A stretch of 20,000 nt of DNA from Coniocarpon cinnabarinum (GCA_051942205.1 JAVECO010000124.1:50885-70884); one strand, 5' to 3'. Counted from the stretch's first letter, positions 1-10,851 are shown. Made by a program: numbers and translations. The notes: generated by a model not told the origin, from the letters alone.

Positions 1-285
1 GTTGATAAGGCGCTGCGGGGCTTTCGCCGTTGTATCTATGGCTCCGCGACCGAAGTTATCGTTATTGAACGGGCTCCTCGGCTGAACTGAGATCCAACAA
101 CGACTTTTGACAGACCCTTGCCGAAACCTCGCTCCAGCTTTTTAGCATCAGAATAGAGCATTTGAAGGCCATTGAAATACTGTATGTCATAGCATGAGTT
201 CATATCTAAACCGTCGCAAAACCACCACAAGAAACACAAAGACCCAAACGACCTCCCCTCTCATTGCCATTCAGTCCTCAAACCC

Positions 286-1643
286 TTACATCACACTCTC
301 AATCTTCATCTCATCCACCACCTCCACCTTCTTCACATCCTCCCTCATCTCACTATAGTCTCTAATCTGGTCCTGCGTCCAACTCCACAGTTTCTCCCTC
401 AAGTCCTCACTCCGCGACCACGGACTGCCGAGGACTTCATTCGCGACGGGAAAGTAAAACGCCCCGCTTTTGACGTCCGGGCTTGACGCCGCCCAGAGTG
501 TATTCTGGCAGCCTTGATAGACGGACATGATGAGGGGTGGGAACATGAGAAATTGCATGAGGAACATTATCGGGGACATCCAGGGGTGGTCTTCCACGAC
601 GCCGCGACCTGTCCATATATCAGTTCTGTTACTTTGTTTATGTTTGTGAGAAGCGGTGTGGGGAGGCACGTGTAGTAGCTGGTGGAGTAGACAGGTGTAG
701 TGCATTTCGGTGGTAAAGACATACCAATGCCTGATTTGACGAAACCTGGATTCACAACAACACTCTTAACGCCACTCCCAATTTCCTGCTCCTTCTGCGC
801 GAGCGCCCGCGCATACGTCACGTTCGCCAATTTCGACTGACTGTATCGATTAAACGGCTTCAGTCCCCCACAATCAGGTGACTTCATATCCTCGAGATGA
901 ATCCCCCTCGGATTGATGAATTCGCCTTCATAACCCCCAGAAAGGGCAATAACACGGACATCGGTGCTCGGATCCTCCTTGGCTGTTTTCCGTAACAAAG
1001 GGAGCAGGAGATCGATCAAGTAAGCGTGGCCTAAGTGGTTGATGCCGAATTGGATTTCGTAGCCGTCTGATGTCAGGCCGGGCGGACAGGCCATGACGCC
1101 GGCGTTTGTGATCAGGATGTGAAGACGGTTGTTGGGGTCTGAGGTTATTTTTTGGGCGGCGGATTTGATGGAGTCGAAGGAGGTGAGGTCGAGAGGGATG
1201 TGAGTGATTCGGGCGTTTGGAGAGGTGCGGCGGATAGCAGCGATGGCGGCTATAGAGTGTTAGTTATGGAAATAGAAAAAGTGAAGGGGGGCAACACACC
1301 TTCTGACTTAGCTTTGCTGCGGGCGGCCATCCAGATTCGGTTGGGATTCTGTTTGGCAATTTGTTTGATGGTTTCTTTGCCGATGCCATCGCTGCCTTTG
1401 AATGTATTTGTTAGCTTGTTTGCGGCTTGTTCTGATTCGTGCTATGAGACTGGTAGCGGCCGATGTAGCGTCCAAATATAGAATTACAGCACTGAAAAGG
1501 AGATCGGCTATATCAAACTTACCTCCTGTGACTAGTATAGACTTGCCCTGCAGGCCACGCATGTGCTCTTTTGAAGCATACTTGAATCCAAGAGACTTCA
1601 AGGGCAAAGACAGCCCCAGGATCGTATGATCTCGGTTACTCAT
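286..1643 (-). CDS. Classical short-chain dehydrogenase/reductase (retinol dehydrogenase/WWOX-like), 354 aa, 4 exons
   Basis: Exons 1643-1523, 1395-1300, 1249-725 and 608-286. Introns 1522-1396 (GTAAGT..GCTAAC..AG), 1299-1250 (GTGTGT..CTAAC..TAG) and 724-609 (GTATGT..CTGAT..CAG). The spliced frame is open (1065 nt) and contains the Rossmann motif TGGSDGIG (split by intron 1), LDLTSFDS, TNAGVM, QFGINHLGH, catalytic YSQSK and NPGFVKS. Confidence 0.92.
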
Positions 1644-2840
1644 GACGAATGGAGCCCTGGCTCAACAACGAATGTGATAAATGATGGACGTAGATAGAGA
1701 ACGAGGTCTTTTTATCGAAAGACAGGATTGTCTCATTGAGATGATACCTCAAAATACTTGCATCTCGATCACATTCTTATAATCCTGATTATGTTTTCAA
1801 TGTGGTCTGCATATTGATGGCGATATCCTCCGTGTTCCGGGCTCTCCGCTTCGACAGCGGCTCGGCACATTTTGAGACGTGGCGTAGCAGAAGCCTAGAT
1901 TTCAATGCTTTGCTCAATGAGGCCTGCACAGTGTGTGACTGGCCCATCTGACCTAGACTTCGTAGAGCTACAATGAATACGCCGAAATCATCTCAACGAT
2001 AGAATCAGCCAAGGACTACAAGACGGTGGAATAGTGGATCAGTAGAGTGAACGAAAACGTGTTGTAGTGGTATAAGCATCAAGAAGCGGGGATTAGGCTA
2101 TAGCATCACCAGATTTCTGCTAAGAGTGAAATACCGAAGGACAACATTAAATACCGATAGGATTGAGAGAGGCTCTAGAACGGTTGCAGGTGGAGTGTTG
2201 GGCTAGGCCAGATCTTAGCTTGGGCGTATTTGCGACCCTTGCGAGCTTCTTAGGCGGTGCATGCATTTTGCCATGTGGACAGACCTGCTTGCAGCATGGT
2301 GTGCATTAGTGCGGGAGATATATCTTGAAGTGGATGGTTCCTCAGCCGCAAACGTCGCCGGCGGATCAAGTTTCATGGTGACACGGACAGTCGAATCGAC
2401 AAGCGAGGTTTAAATCATTGTCTAATGCAGGGTGAAATGGACCTTCAGGATGGAGCCGCTTCGGGATCGCCGGACTGACGCACGTGCACCGATGCATGTG
2501 GAAGGAGAGGATGCAGGATACTGCTTGAGATGCGCGACCCAGGCCCTGTTTTCCTCTGAGGTAAGGTAGCATCTGACGCGGGTAATATTACTGGCGAAGA
2601 AAGGGACCGTGGGAGATATGACTGTCTGGACGGTCCAGAGTGCTGACATGTTAGTCATGCAGCAAGCCTCGAAGGCAGCAGAGCCGCACGGTCGCAGAGA
2701 CCATTGCACTGGGCGCAGAGGATACGTGCAAAGCCCTATAGGCATACATTTGGACGTGTAGTCACTCCGCATGCAGCATATGCATTGCCTACGGAGGAGA
2801 ATTAAACCGGCCCCCACAAAACAGCCGTGAGCGGAGTCAT

Positions 2841-2937
2841 GAGCCGCACGTGCCGAGCCGCACGTGACATAACCACGTGATTAGATCACGTGTCAGGACA
2901 AAACGCTAGACGTCTCAGAAAAACGAGCTACGTCTCA
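2841..2937. promoter_or_regulatory. Cluster of four CACGTG E-boxes plus short direct repeats in the divergent SDR / secreted-protein intergenic region
   Basis: CACGTG at 2847, 2861, 2874 and 2887. GAGCCGCACGTG is repeated at 2841 and 2855. An imperfect repeat AAAACG-NNNN-ACGTCTCA occurs at 2900 and 2920. Function as bHLH sites is inferred. Confidence 0.55.
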
Positions 2938-3584
2938 TGCTTGTCTGGATGCATGCGGCTCCTTAATGTCCCTGCGACAAGCCCCACATCTTCCGTTGAC
3001 GCCGTCGTCATTTTGAGCAGGTCACTTCCATCCACATGCGCGGAGCCATTCCGAATCAAATGAGCTCCGTCTCAAATCTTATTCCTATTGACTTTCCCTG
3101 AGAAAGTCTGCACCTCCACAAAGGAACGGGGGTACAATGTGGTCGCTCGGACCTTTCGAACCTTCCTTGTCTTGCGCGACGATGAGAGTCTATATGGACT
3201 CAACCATGTCATAATGCTTGGTAGTGCTCCCAGTGTCACGGCAATGCAACATATTTGTGGAGAAAACAAGCATCCTTAGCAATGACCTTACAGAACAAGC
3301 CTCACGCAAGGTGTATACCAGAGACATATCCATCGAACCTTGTCTCCTGATCCCAGCTTCCTATCGCTGTGTCGGCATCCATACACATACATATATGTGA
3401 ACAATAATTAGAGACTTCTCATCCTGTTTCGCTCGTTTTTTTTCGATAACTCCAGCGCTCCTCTCTTTCTGCTCTTCCGCTGCTACCTGTTGTCTACTAT
3501 TAAGCAATTGAACATCTTCGGGCTTTTTGCCTTTTTTCATCCTATTCGTCGAATCTTCACATTCCAATGACCATCTCTACAGCC

Positions 3585-4562
3585 ATGAAAGCCTCCTTGC
3601 TCGCTCTACTTCCTGTTGTCTCCGGCGGCGCCGTGGTCCCTCGTCAATCTTATTTCAGCTTTGGGAATGCCTTCTCGACTGGCCCAGTTGCGACAAACTC
3701 ATGGATTCGAGAGGCTACCACCACGCTCGTTCTACCAGCTCTCAACAACCCACATAATGGGAACCTTGGTCTGTGGCCAGGCATGGGCACGAAGTTCCCC
3801 TCAGGAGCAGATGGTCAGCTCGTCCAGGGCCTTGCCATCTCTACCGTTGGTCGCGGGTGCGTTTAATGATCATGCAAGTCTTATGGCTTCAGAATTGACG
3901 GAAATAGGTCTTCATGCAACTTTGCTGCGGGCGATGTGAACTGGTGTGCTGTTGCAAGCACGTATGATGGTACGACATCTTCAATCTTTGTCTTTGTTTG
4001 GGATCGCTGACGTTTCTTGAAGGGAGCCAGCACGACGGTACTCCTTACCGGGCCAAGCCAGGCGACCATGTCACTTATAACTGTAAGTCTCTGATCACCA
4101 TCATCACGATGACAGTTCATGGACCACTGACTCCTGAGTAGACAAGTACAATGATGCCACTTCCCAGTTCGACCAGACGGTCTCGGTCAACGGCGCTGTG
4201 GTGTCCACGCTGTCCACAAGTACGTAATGTTGTGCTCAGGCTTCGTTTTACATGCTGACATTTTGCTAGCGAGCGGCCAAGGTGCCGGATGGGGTACCGG
4301 TGAGTTGACCCGACCGCCCTTCTCCCTGCTGAAAGACTGGTCACTGATCATTCTCCCAACAGCGATGGAATGCCAACAGGCAAACTGTGGAACCGTCCCA
4401 CAGCATCAATACCTCAACACGACTATAACCATGAACACACCCGATCCAAACTATTCGCGGACTCTCTCACTCAACGGCGCCACGGGTAACTTGGTCACCG
4501 CAGATGGTGGCAAGACCTGGACCGTGGCAACCATCACCATCCAGCAGTATACTTACCATTAA
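3585..4562 (+). CDS. Secreted beta-rich protein, ~233 aa, 6 exons; possible G1 glutamic-peptidase/ConA-like fold
   Basis: Exons 3585-3856 (alternative in-frame ATG at 3567), 3908-3969, 4023-4082, 4142-4219, 4270-4299 and 4363-4562. Five GT-AG introns of 50-63 nt with branch motifs, and the spliced frame is open (702 nt). Signal peptide MKASLLALLPVVSG, short pro-segment ending VVPR, motifs LWPGMGT, LVQG, WCAVAST, GWGTAMEC and DGGKTW, and 4 Cys. Confidence 0.88.
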
Positions 4563-5035
4563 ACGGCCCCAAGCGACTGGAGGAAAGCTCTATGGGTGCA
4601 TGAGCTATCGTGATAACTTATTTTTCAAGGGATTTCCTAGTAAAGTAGTGCAAAATTGATCATGTCTAACACTCGAGATCCCATTCTTCTGTAAATATTT
4701 CTTCAATGCACACACGCGCGAATGCCGCCGGCATTGTCGCTAGCGCGTACAAGCTCAAGTTCAAGCCCACATCTGCGGATAGAACACATCAATCCGCCCA
4801 CATCGTTTGCATCCCACTCGGCATCATAGTCTGACCTACGGAGTACTCATATCACTTCAATCATTTTATTGGCCTGTTACAAGACCAAAGTTTGGTCGCA
4901 TGGCGTAAAGAAGGGATTCCAAAAGCATCCTACTTACGCCTCTGTCATGAACATTGTGTAGTCAGGTTGCTTGAATAGGAGCACACAGTGTATCGGCTCA
5001 ACTCAGAAATTGAGACTTTAGTATGCGGCAGAACG

Positions 5036-5058
5036 TCACGTGGTCTAGTATCACGTGG
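5036..5058. promoter_or_regulatory. Paired TCACGTGG E-boxes upstream of the CorA-family gene
   Basis: TCACGTGG at 5036 and 5051 (15 bp apart), about 480 bp upstream of the ATG at 5531. Function is inferred only. Confidence 0.35.
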
Positions 5059-5530
5059 CTGTATGGAACACTAACTGTTTCTGCAAACCCGATGCTAGGC
5101 AACGATGACAACGAGGCCTCATCTACTTCGTCATAGATTGCGTCTTTTCCCCGTCCGGCACACTGGGAGAAGTACCTCCTTGACACACCGTTGCCATCAC
5201 ACTTGGAAGCAGCGACTTGATCAAACAGCGGGAGTCTCGGAAGCACGGCCGCGGCAGAGCCGTTTGCACTCGCGCCTACTCTTTGCCCATTGTACTCACA
5301 TCACGCGCGCCCCCAAAATGGCGCGACACGACTCCCGTCTGCCTGCTGGTGGCGGTGCTGTGACCTCTACGTGCTCGGGCTGTCCGTCATCGTCATCATT
5401 CACTCTTTCATCTGTCACAGGGCGTGCAACCTTGCTCACGCGACGCCTCGCTGGTCAACATACAAGAGCAAGGATCTGCGCCAAACTAGCGGCGGGATAG
5501 ACGCCATTCGATGTCACCACATTTTGCAGT

Positions 5531-7891
5531 ATGAGTAGCCCACTACGCAATTCCACCATCTCCAACCACGAAAGGGGCGACAGTGACGAGGTCGCGCCTG
5601 GCATCAAACAGGTCTTCAGCAACCCTCCGGACACGGATGCCAAAGCAAGACCGCAGGCACGGCCGCCCGATCCTGAAGACACCGATGCCTTTCGCAACAG
5701 CTTCAAGCGTAATCCCAAAGGCTCATGGCACCAGAATTTCACCGTGGACTGGAAGACGCCGTGGAAGGAAAACACTTGGGACAATGGAAGAGTGCTGATG
5801 GTTGATTACATGCGCTGGAATCCATCCAAACACAAGGCGGGCACGGTCAAGATTTTGGCCAAAGAGATTCAGGATCACCATGGCTTGCAAGAGTTCTATG
5901 CAGATACACACAGATGCAAGCAAGCGGCTCTGAGAGTCATACACGTTCAGAACGCTCCCTGGGCTGTCAAGTATCTCATGCACAAGTACAACGTGATCTC
6001 TAGTGATGATCTCGTCGGCTCCGACTTTGGCAAGTGGGTCAAGTTCGATCAGCCCGAGTGGCGAGCAGGAAAGCCACTGCTCAAAGGCAAGACATGGCGT
6101 ACTCAACGCGACCCATGGCGAGGGATACGGCGAACATGCTTTGGCACCGACTATCTCAGAGCCAACGATACACGCACTGAGAGCCGCGGTGACTCTCATT
6201 TGGCTAACAGCGATGCCGGTCGTGACGCCGCCCGCGATGACATCCGCAATGCACAAGTGCCGGAGGACCACAAGCTCATGGAGTTGAACTGTTATGACGA
6301 TGCAGATGCGCCCTGCTATGGGTGGGACGTTAATGTGCAGCGGCTGTCAGTGTACATCCAGTTCTCCGAAGGCGAGCCCCAACCTCCGAAAGGCGTCAAG
6401 AACCCCTACTATCGCGATGAGCACATGGACGAGAAGGATGTGGATGAGCAAGTGCCTGCGAATGGGCATGTGCATAAGCCTAAGCTACCACCCTTTGAAG
6501 CTCTCGACAATGGTAACACCATCATTGTCTTTGAAAACTCTCCAGATAAATCAGTAACGAACACACTGATTGGTGCCAGGCAGCAAATTGAGTCAAGGTG
6601 GCGACGTCTATCTTTTTACCTACCGCAAGAAGACGTACGAGATGACGCCCGTTTAGCATTGGAATGCATGGACTTGATTCTCGAGGATATCTTCAAAGGG
6701 CTCGGTACAGCATGGGAGCAGTTCCTCAACATTGCCGAAACGCACATCGCGATCCTGGAAGATAAGATCTACGATTCTCCTGCGGACGAAAGTCGCGCTC
6801 CTGAACTTTGGTACAACTCAAGCGCATGGCTTAAGGTCGAGCGCCTTTGCTTCATCCACCTAGAATGCGTCAAAGAGTTGCAGACACACCTCGACGACCT
6901 GCCCAACCGTCCTGAGCTCCAGCGCAAATGGCTTGACGGGGTCACCGAACAGTTCGACAAACTCACCACTCTGGTCCAAGAGGATCTCACCAAACCAACC
7001 ACCAATTTATCTGACCTAATGTATAAGAGCGTTGAAATTAGAGACTCACGACAGAGTCTAGGTCTCGAAACTAGCATGTGGCGCCTGTCCTGGATAACCT
7101 TCATCTTTTTACCACTCACCTTCATCGTCGGCTTCTTCGGCATGAACGTCGATACGTTCTCGAATGATCCTTCCATTAAATGGTACTTTGCCTCTGCCAT
7201 TCCTCTCATGTTCGTGGTGCTAATCCTCTGGTACGTTCTCAAACATTCTCTGGCCTCACGGAAGCAAACGCCCTATCAACGCGGTGTCTACGAGCATTTA
7301 TACCACGATCTTGCGACTCAGAACTCCCAATTATGGTCTCGTGCCGGGCCGCGACGAGACGTCCAACCTATTGGCTTCTATTCCCGGCTGCGATGGTGGT
7401 TCTTACGGCGGTGGTTCGATCCTCGCCGGACGATTGCGAAGCCAACTTCAGACCCCGACGAAGACGTGGGTGGCAGCGGTCTTGGTGCGTGGGCTCGCTG
7501 CAAGCGCATGCTTGCGCGCAAATGGCTCGGAACCATTGACGCCCGACGCCGGCCGAGCATTTCCGAAAGCGAAGAGGCACTGACGGATACCGTTCCCTTG
7601 AGCGACGTGGTGGCCACGAGCACGGCGGCTGGAACGGCGGAGACGGTTCCCGCAGTTGCAAGACTGTCGCGTCAGAATTTGGATCGTTTGAGTTTGCCGG
7701 CATCTGGGAGTCCACGGACGAGTGCTCGACCGAGCTCGAGCGGAGGAAGTAGTGGAGGGTTGATGGTTGAGGAGCGGGACGTAGGTGAGCGACGAGCGAG
7801 TCTGGATGGTGTCGGCGTGTGGAGTGAGCATGGAGGTGTGCGAAGGAGTATTGATGGGTTGATGGAGACGTTTGGCGTGGGCGCCTTGTAG
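5531..7891 (+). CDS. CorA/MIT-family divalent cation (Mg2+) transporter-like protein, 786 aa, single exon
   Basis: Uninterrupted ORF with a long soluble N-terminal/helical region, then TM1 ITFIFLPLTFIVGFF ending in the CorA signature GMN (7139-7147) and TM2 WYFASAIPLMFVVLILWYVL. Confidence 0.92.
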   Translation: MSSPLRNSTISNHERGDSDEVAPGIKQVFSNPPDTDAKARPQARPPDPEDTDAFRNSFKRNPKGSWHQNFTVDWKTPWKENTWDNGRVLMVDYMRWNPSKHKAGTVKILAKEIQDHHGLQEFYADTHRCKQAALRVIHVQNAPWAVKYLMHKYNVISSDDLVGSDFGKWVKFDQPEWRAGKPLLKGKTWRTQRDPWRGIRRTCFGTDYLRANDTRTESRGDSHLANSDAGRDAARDDIRNAQVPEDHKLMELNCYDDADAPCYGWDVNVQRLSVYIQFSEGEPQPPKGVKNPYYRDEHMDEKDVDEQVPANGHVHKPKLPPFEALDNGNTIIVFENSPDKSVTNTLIGARQQIESRWRRLSFYLPQEDVRDDARLALECMDLILEDIFKGLGTAWEQFLNIAETHIAILEDKIYDSPADESRAPELWYNSSAWLKVERLCFIHLECVKELQTHLDDLPNRPELQRKWLDGVTEQFDKLTTLVQEDLTKPTTNLSDLMYKSVEIRDSRQSLGLETSMWRLSWITFIFLPLTFIVGFFGMNVDTFSNDPSIKWYFASAIPLMFVVLILWYVLKHSLASRKQTPYQRGVYEHLYHDLATQNSQLWSRAGPRRDVQPIGFYSRLRWWFLRRWFDPRRTIAKPTSDPDEDVGGSGLGAWARCKRMLARKWLGTIDARRRPSISESEEALTDTVPLSDVVATSTAAGTAETVPAVARLSRQNLDRLSLPASGSPRTSARPSSSGGSSGGLMVEERDVGERRASLDGVGVWSEHGGVRRSIDGLMETFGVGAL

Positions 7892-9016
7892 CGACGGCAT
7901 TTGTCAAGGCTATTTATTATTATGCATGTGGGAGGGAGGTGTACTGGCACATTTTATTCGAGATATCATGAAGCGGTTGCACTGCCTCGAGGGCCTCGAC
8001 CAGAGTCCTCCCCAGACGTCGAGCCTCCGCGGTAACGTATATTCGTCTTACAAAGCTATGGGCACCATGGCGAAACGCCCCTATGCCTTACAAGTTGTTG
8101 AATTCATATATGGCAAGTGCTCTTCTGCTTAGCCCTTGCAGCAAGAGTGTACCGTACCATTCTTCAAAATCAACAGCTTCGTTTGCGATGGCGTGCGGAA
8201 CATCCTCGATTCCATCAAACACTTCGACTTGCCCGACGATGACTATGCAAGCTACAAATCATGCAGCTACGCAACGAGCTACTTCTGATGTCCTCGCTGA
8301 GAACGACGACAAAGGCGAAGTGCTCGCCATTCGCTGCATGCGACGTTGTGGTGCATCGAGCACTGCCAAGTTCCCCCAATAATGACGATAATAAGACATT
8401 AAGGTTGGTGCATTCCAGCATGGCATCAACGCTTGAAAAGCGGAAGTTGGAGCAAGGGAAATGATCGTGACGATCGTGACGAGATGTGAGAAAGGACTTG
8501 TGCGCAAGAGTAGGAAAGTGTTTTTGCACGACGGAAAGTGTCATTTTGTTGGATACTGTCACGAACTCCATGCTCGAGAATGTTGCGGCTCTGAAACAGC
8601 GGAGAGATGAGATGAACAAGGACTGATTCTATAGTCTAATCGGATATGGTCAAGTGAAATTGACACTATCTCTGGTCAATGAAAGCAGCGATACTGAATA
8701 ATAGCAGATTAGACCCATCAATAGGGGTGTTTGCATCTTCGAAAGCCAGCTGTGAAGCAACCAACATGATTTTCCGAGCGGATATGGACGGCTGTCATAG
8801 GCTGCCTGGAAGCATCTTTTGTCGCGCTTGACAACAGCTCAAGTCAAAAAAAAAATGGTGGGTAATGAGAGCATTAAACAAGCGATCAATTCAATATCGG
8901 GAAATGCTTTAGCCGTAGGAGTACATACCTCGCCACACGCCAAGTACACCTACTATGCTTCCTCGCCAACTCCATGCATTTTCGCTCCATATATCATAGT
9001 CACCACCGTCATTTCT

Positions 9017-10347
9017 TCACACCCGCAAAACCCGCTTCGCCTGCTCCACTACCGTTTCCACCTGCGGAAAAGCCATCTCCTCGAGTTTCACCGCATACGG
9101 TGTCGGAACTTCCGCGCCCGTCACTCTAATCGGCGGCGCTTGCAAATAGTCAAAGCCATATTCCGTTGCCAACGCCAGAATCTCAGCGCCGACACCAAAA
9201 CTGGGAAATCCGCTCTCAAGCGCCATCAGCGCGCCGGTCTTTTTCACGGAGTTGACAATCGCCTCCACGTCCATGGGTTTGACGGAGCGCAAGTTAATAA
9301 CTTCGGCGTCGACGCCGTAGGTGTCTTTGAGTTGCTGTGCGGCGTTTAGGGCTTGGCCGACGCAGCGCGAGAGGGTTACGATTGTGATGTCGCTTCCTGG
9401 ACGTTCGATCTTGGCTTTGCCGAAGGGGATGACGAAGTCGGAAGATTGAGCTTCAGGAGACATTGGGAATTGTTCGCCGTACATGAGTCTGCGCGTGGAC
9501 GGTTAGCCTCTTGATTGAGCCCGGCTGGGTGAGAGATACAGAACTCACTCGTTCTCCAGAACGACGACTGGGTTGGGGTCACGAATGGCTGCCTTCAGCA
9601 GACCTTTCGCATCCTCGCTACTCCACGGACTCACAACCTTCAACCCCGGTATACTGCCGTACCACGATGAGTAGTCTTGACTGTGTTGCGCAGCCACACC
9701 GGCCGCAAAGCCGTTTGGTCCTCGAAAAGTCACATTGCACGGCTGGATACCACCGGACATGTAATGCGTCTTTCCTGCGGAGTTGATGATCTGGTCAATG
9801 GCCTGCATGGCGAAGTTGAACGTCATGAATTCGCAGATCGGATGTAAACCGGCGAGCGCGGAACCGACTGCCAGACCACAGAAACCGGACTCGGTAATGG
9901 GAGTGTCGATAACGCGCTTTTCACCAAACTTGTCGAGGAGGCCTTTCGTGACTTTGTAGCTGTCGCGACCGAATTAGCCTCAATCTCCTCGAAGGGCTCT
10001 TGCTACTCATGACTGTCTTGGTGGCACACTGGATGGAGAACCTCCGGAAAAGACTGTACGTGAAATCTAGGCACATACGCTCCCTGATATTGCGCGACTT
10101 CTTCGCCTAATATGAACACCTTCTCATTCCGCTCCATCTCCTCCACCATAGCTTCATTGAGGGCATCCCGAACCGCGACTTCCTTTGTCCCCGCCTCGCT
10201 CGCGTACGTTCGTATCCTCGACGATAAGCTGCCACTGACTGCTGGTGTGAGACTTGACCGGAAGCAAGGTCTTGCAGGCGCTGCGAAGGATGTCCGAGCT
10301 GAGGATAGGATGTGCGAAGCCGGTCGGAGGAGCTTCCGAGAGGCCAT
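9017..10347 (-). CDS. PDB1: Pyruvate dehydrogenase E1 component beta subunit, mitochondrial, 383 aa, 3 exons
   Basis: Exons 10347-10079, 9959-9549 and 9488-9017. Introns 10078-9960 (GTATGT..GCTAAT..CAG) and 9548-9489 (GTGAGT..GCTAAC..CAG). Motifs [51 protein letters not shown] and VVLENELMYG. Arg/Ser-rich presequence ending RTY|A. Confidence 0.98.
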
Positions 10348-10851
10348 GGGCGGGGCTGTTCGTTGCGAAGGTACGAGTGGAATTTGAGCAGGTGCAGTCC
10401 AGCTTCAAGGGGCGATCAGAGCCCGATAGAAGACTACGGGAGCAAAGTCAAGAGTATAGAGCAATCAAGATGGTTGAGCAACGCCGAAATGTTGATGGGA
10501 GGTAGCTCCGACTACTTGCTTTTGCTCTAAACTCCGAGCTCTTGGCAATGATTATGTAAGCATCTCGCATTGCAACAGCAATAACAAGACACTAATTACG
10601 TGCGTCTTTAAGACTCTGTTTTAAAATCCACATTTCGGTATTATTTGCTAGACAAATTACTGGTCATGCTCCACTCGGCCAATCTGATTGTGTCAAGTTG
10701 ATTGCAAAAAGCTTTTAGGATTGTTCTCATGCGCCACCACTCTTGCGACCTTGCCCGGGACTCCTTGAACGCAAAGAGGAAATGCGACAGGACACATGCT
10801 TGAGAGACTGAGTGTTGTCATTGATGTGGTATAGTCTAGCATTTCATTCTC

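Noticed and set aside
1..90. Open plus-strand frame at the left edge (VDKALRGF...APRLN*), possibly the end of an upstream gene
   Set aside because: Only 29 codons with no recognisable motif, so it cannot be supported without flanking sequence.
2841..2937. CRISPR-like array, MITE or point-centromere CDEI interpretation of the repeats
   Set aside because: The repeats are too short and few, there are no terminal inverted repeats or target-site duplication, there is no AT-rich CDEII tract, and the context is a filamentous fungal genome.
2366..3567. Short ORFs in the divergent intergenic region
   Set aside because: Many start at non-ATG codons, and they show no motifs or coherent exon structure. 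The region looks like promoter and UTR.
5723..7950. Long antisense ORFs (150-182 aa) over the CorA gene, and similar ones over PDB1 and PRP2
   Set aside because: Expected shadow ORFs of GC-rich coding sequence, with no independent protein features.
10560..10851. SECIS element that would make the HET TGA a selenocysteine codon (TGA at a probable Cys column)
   Set aside because: By eye, the ATGA-initiated candidates in the 3' flank lack both a well-paired helix and an apical AA, and ascomycetes are not known to have Sec machinery. SECISearch3 plus a tRNA-Sec/eEFSec search would settle it.
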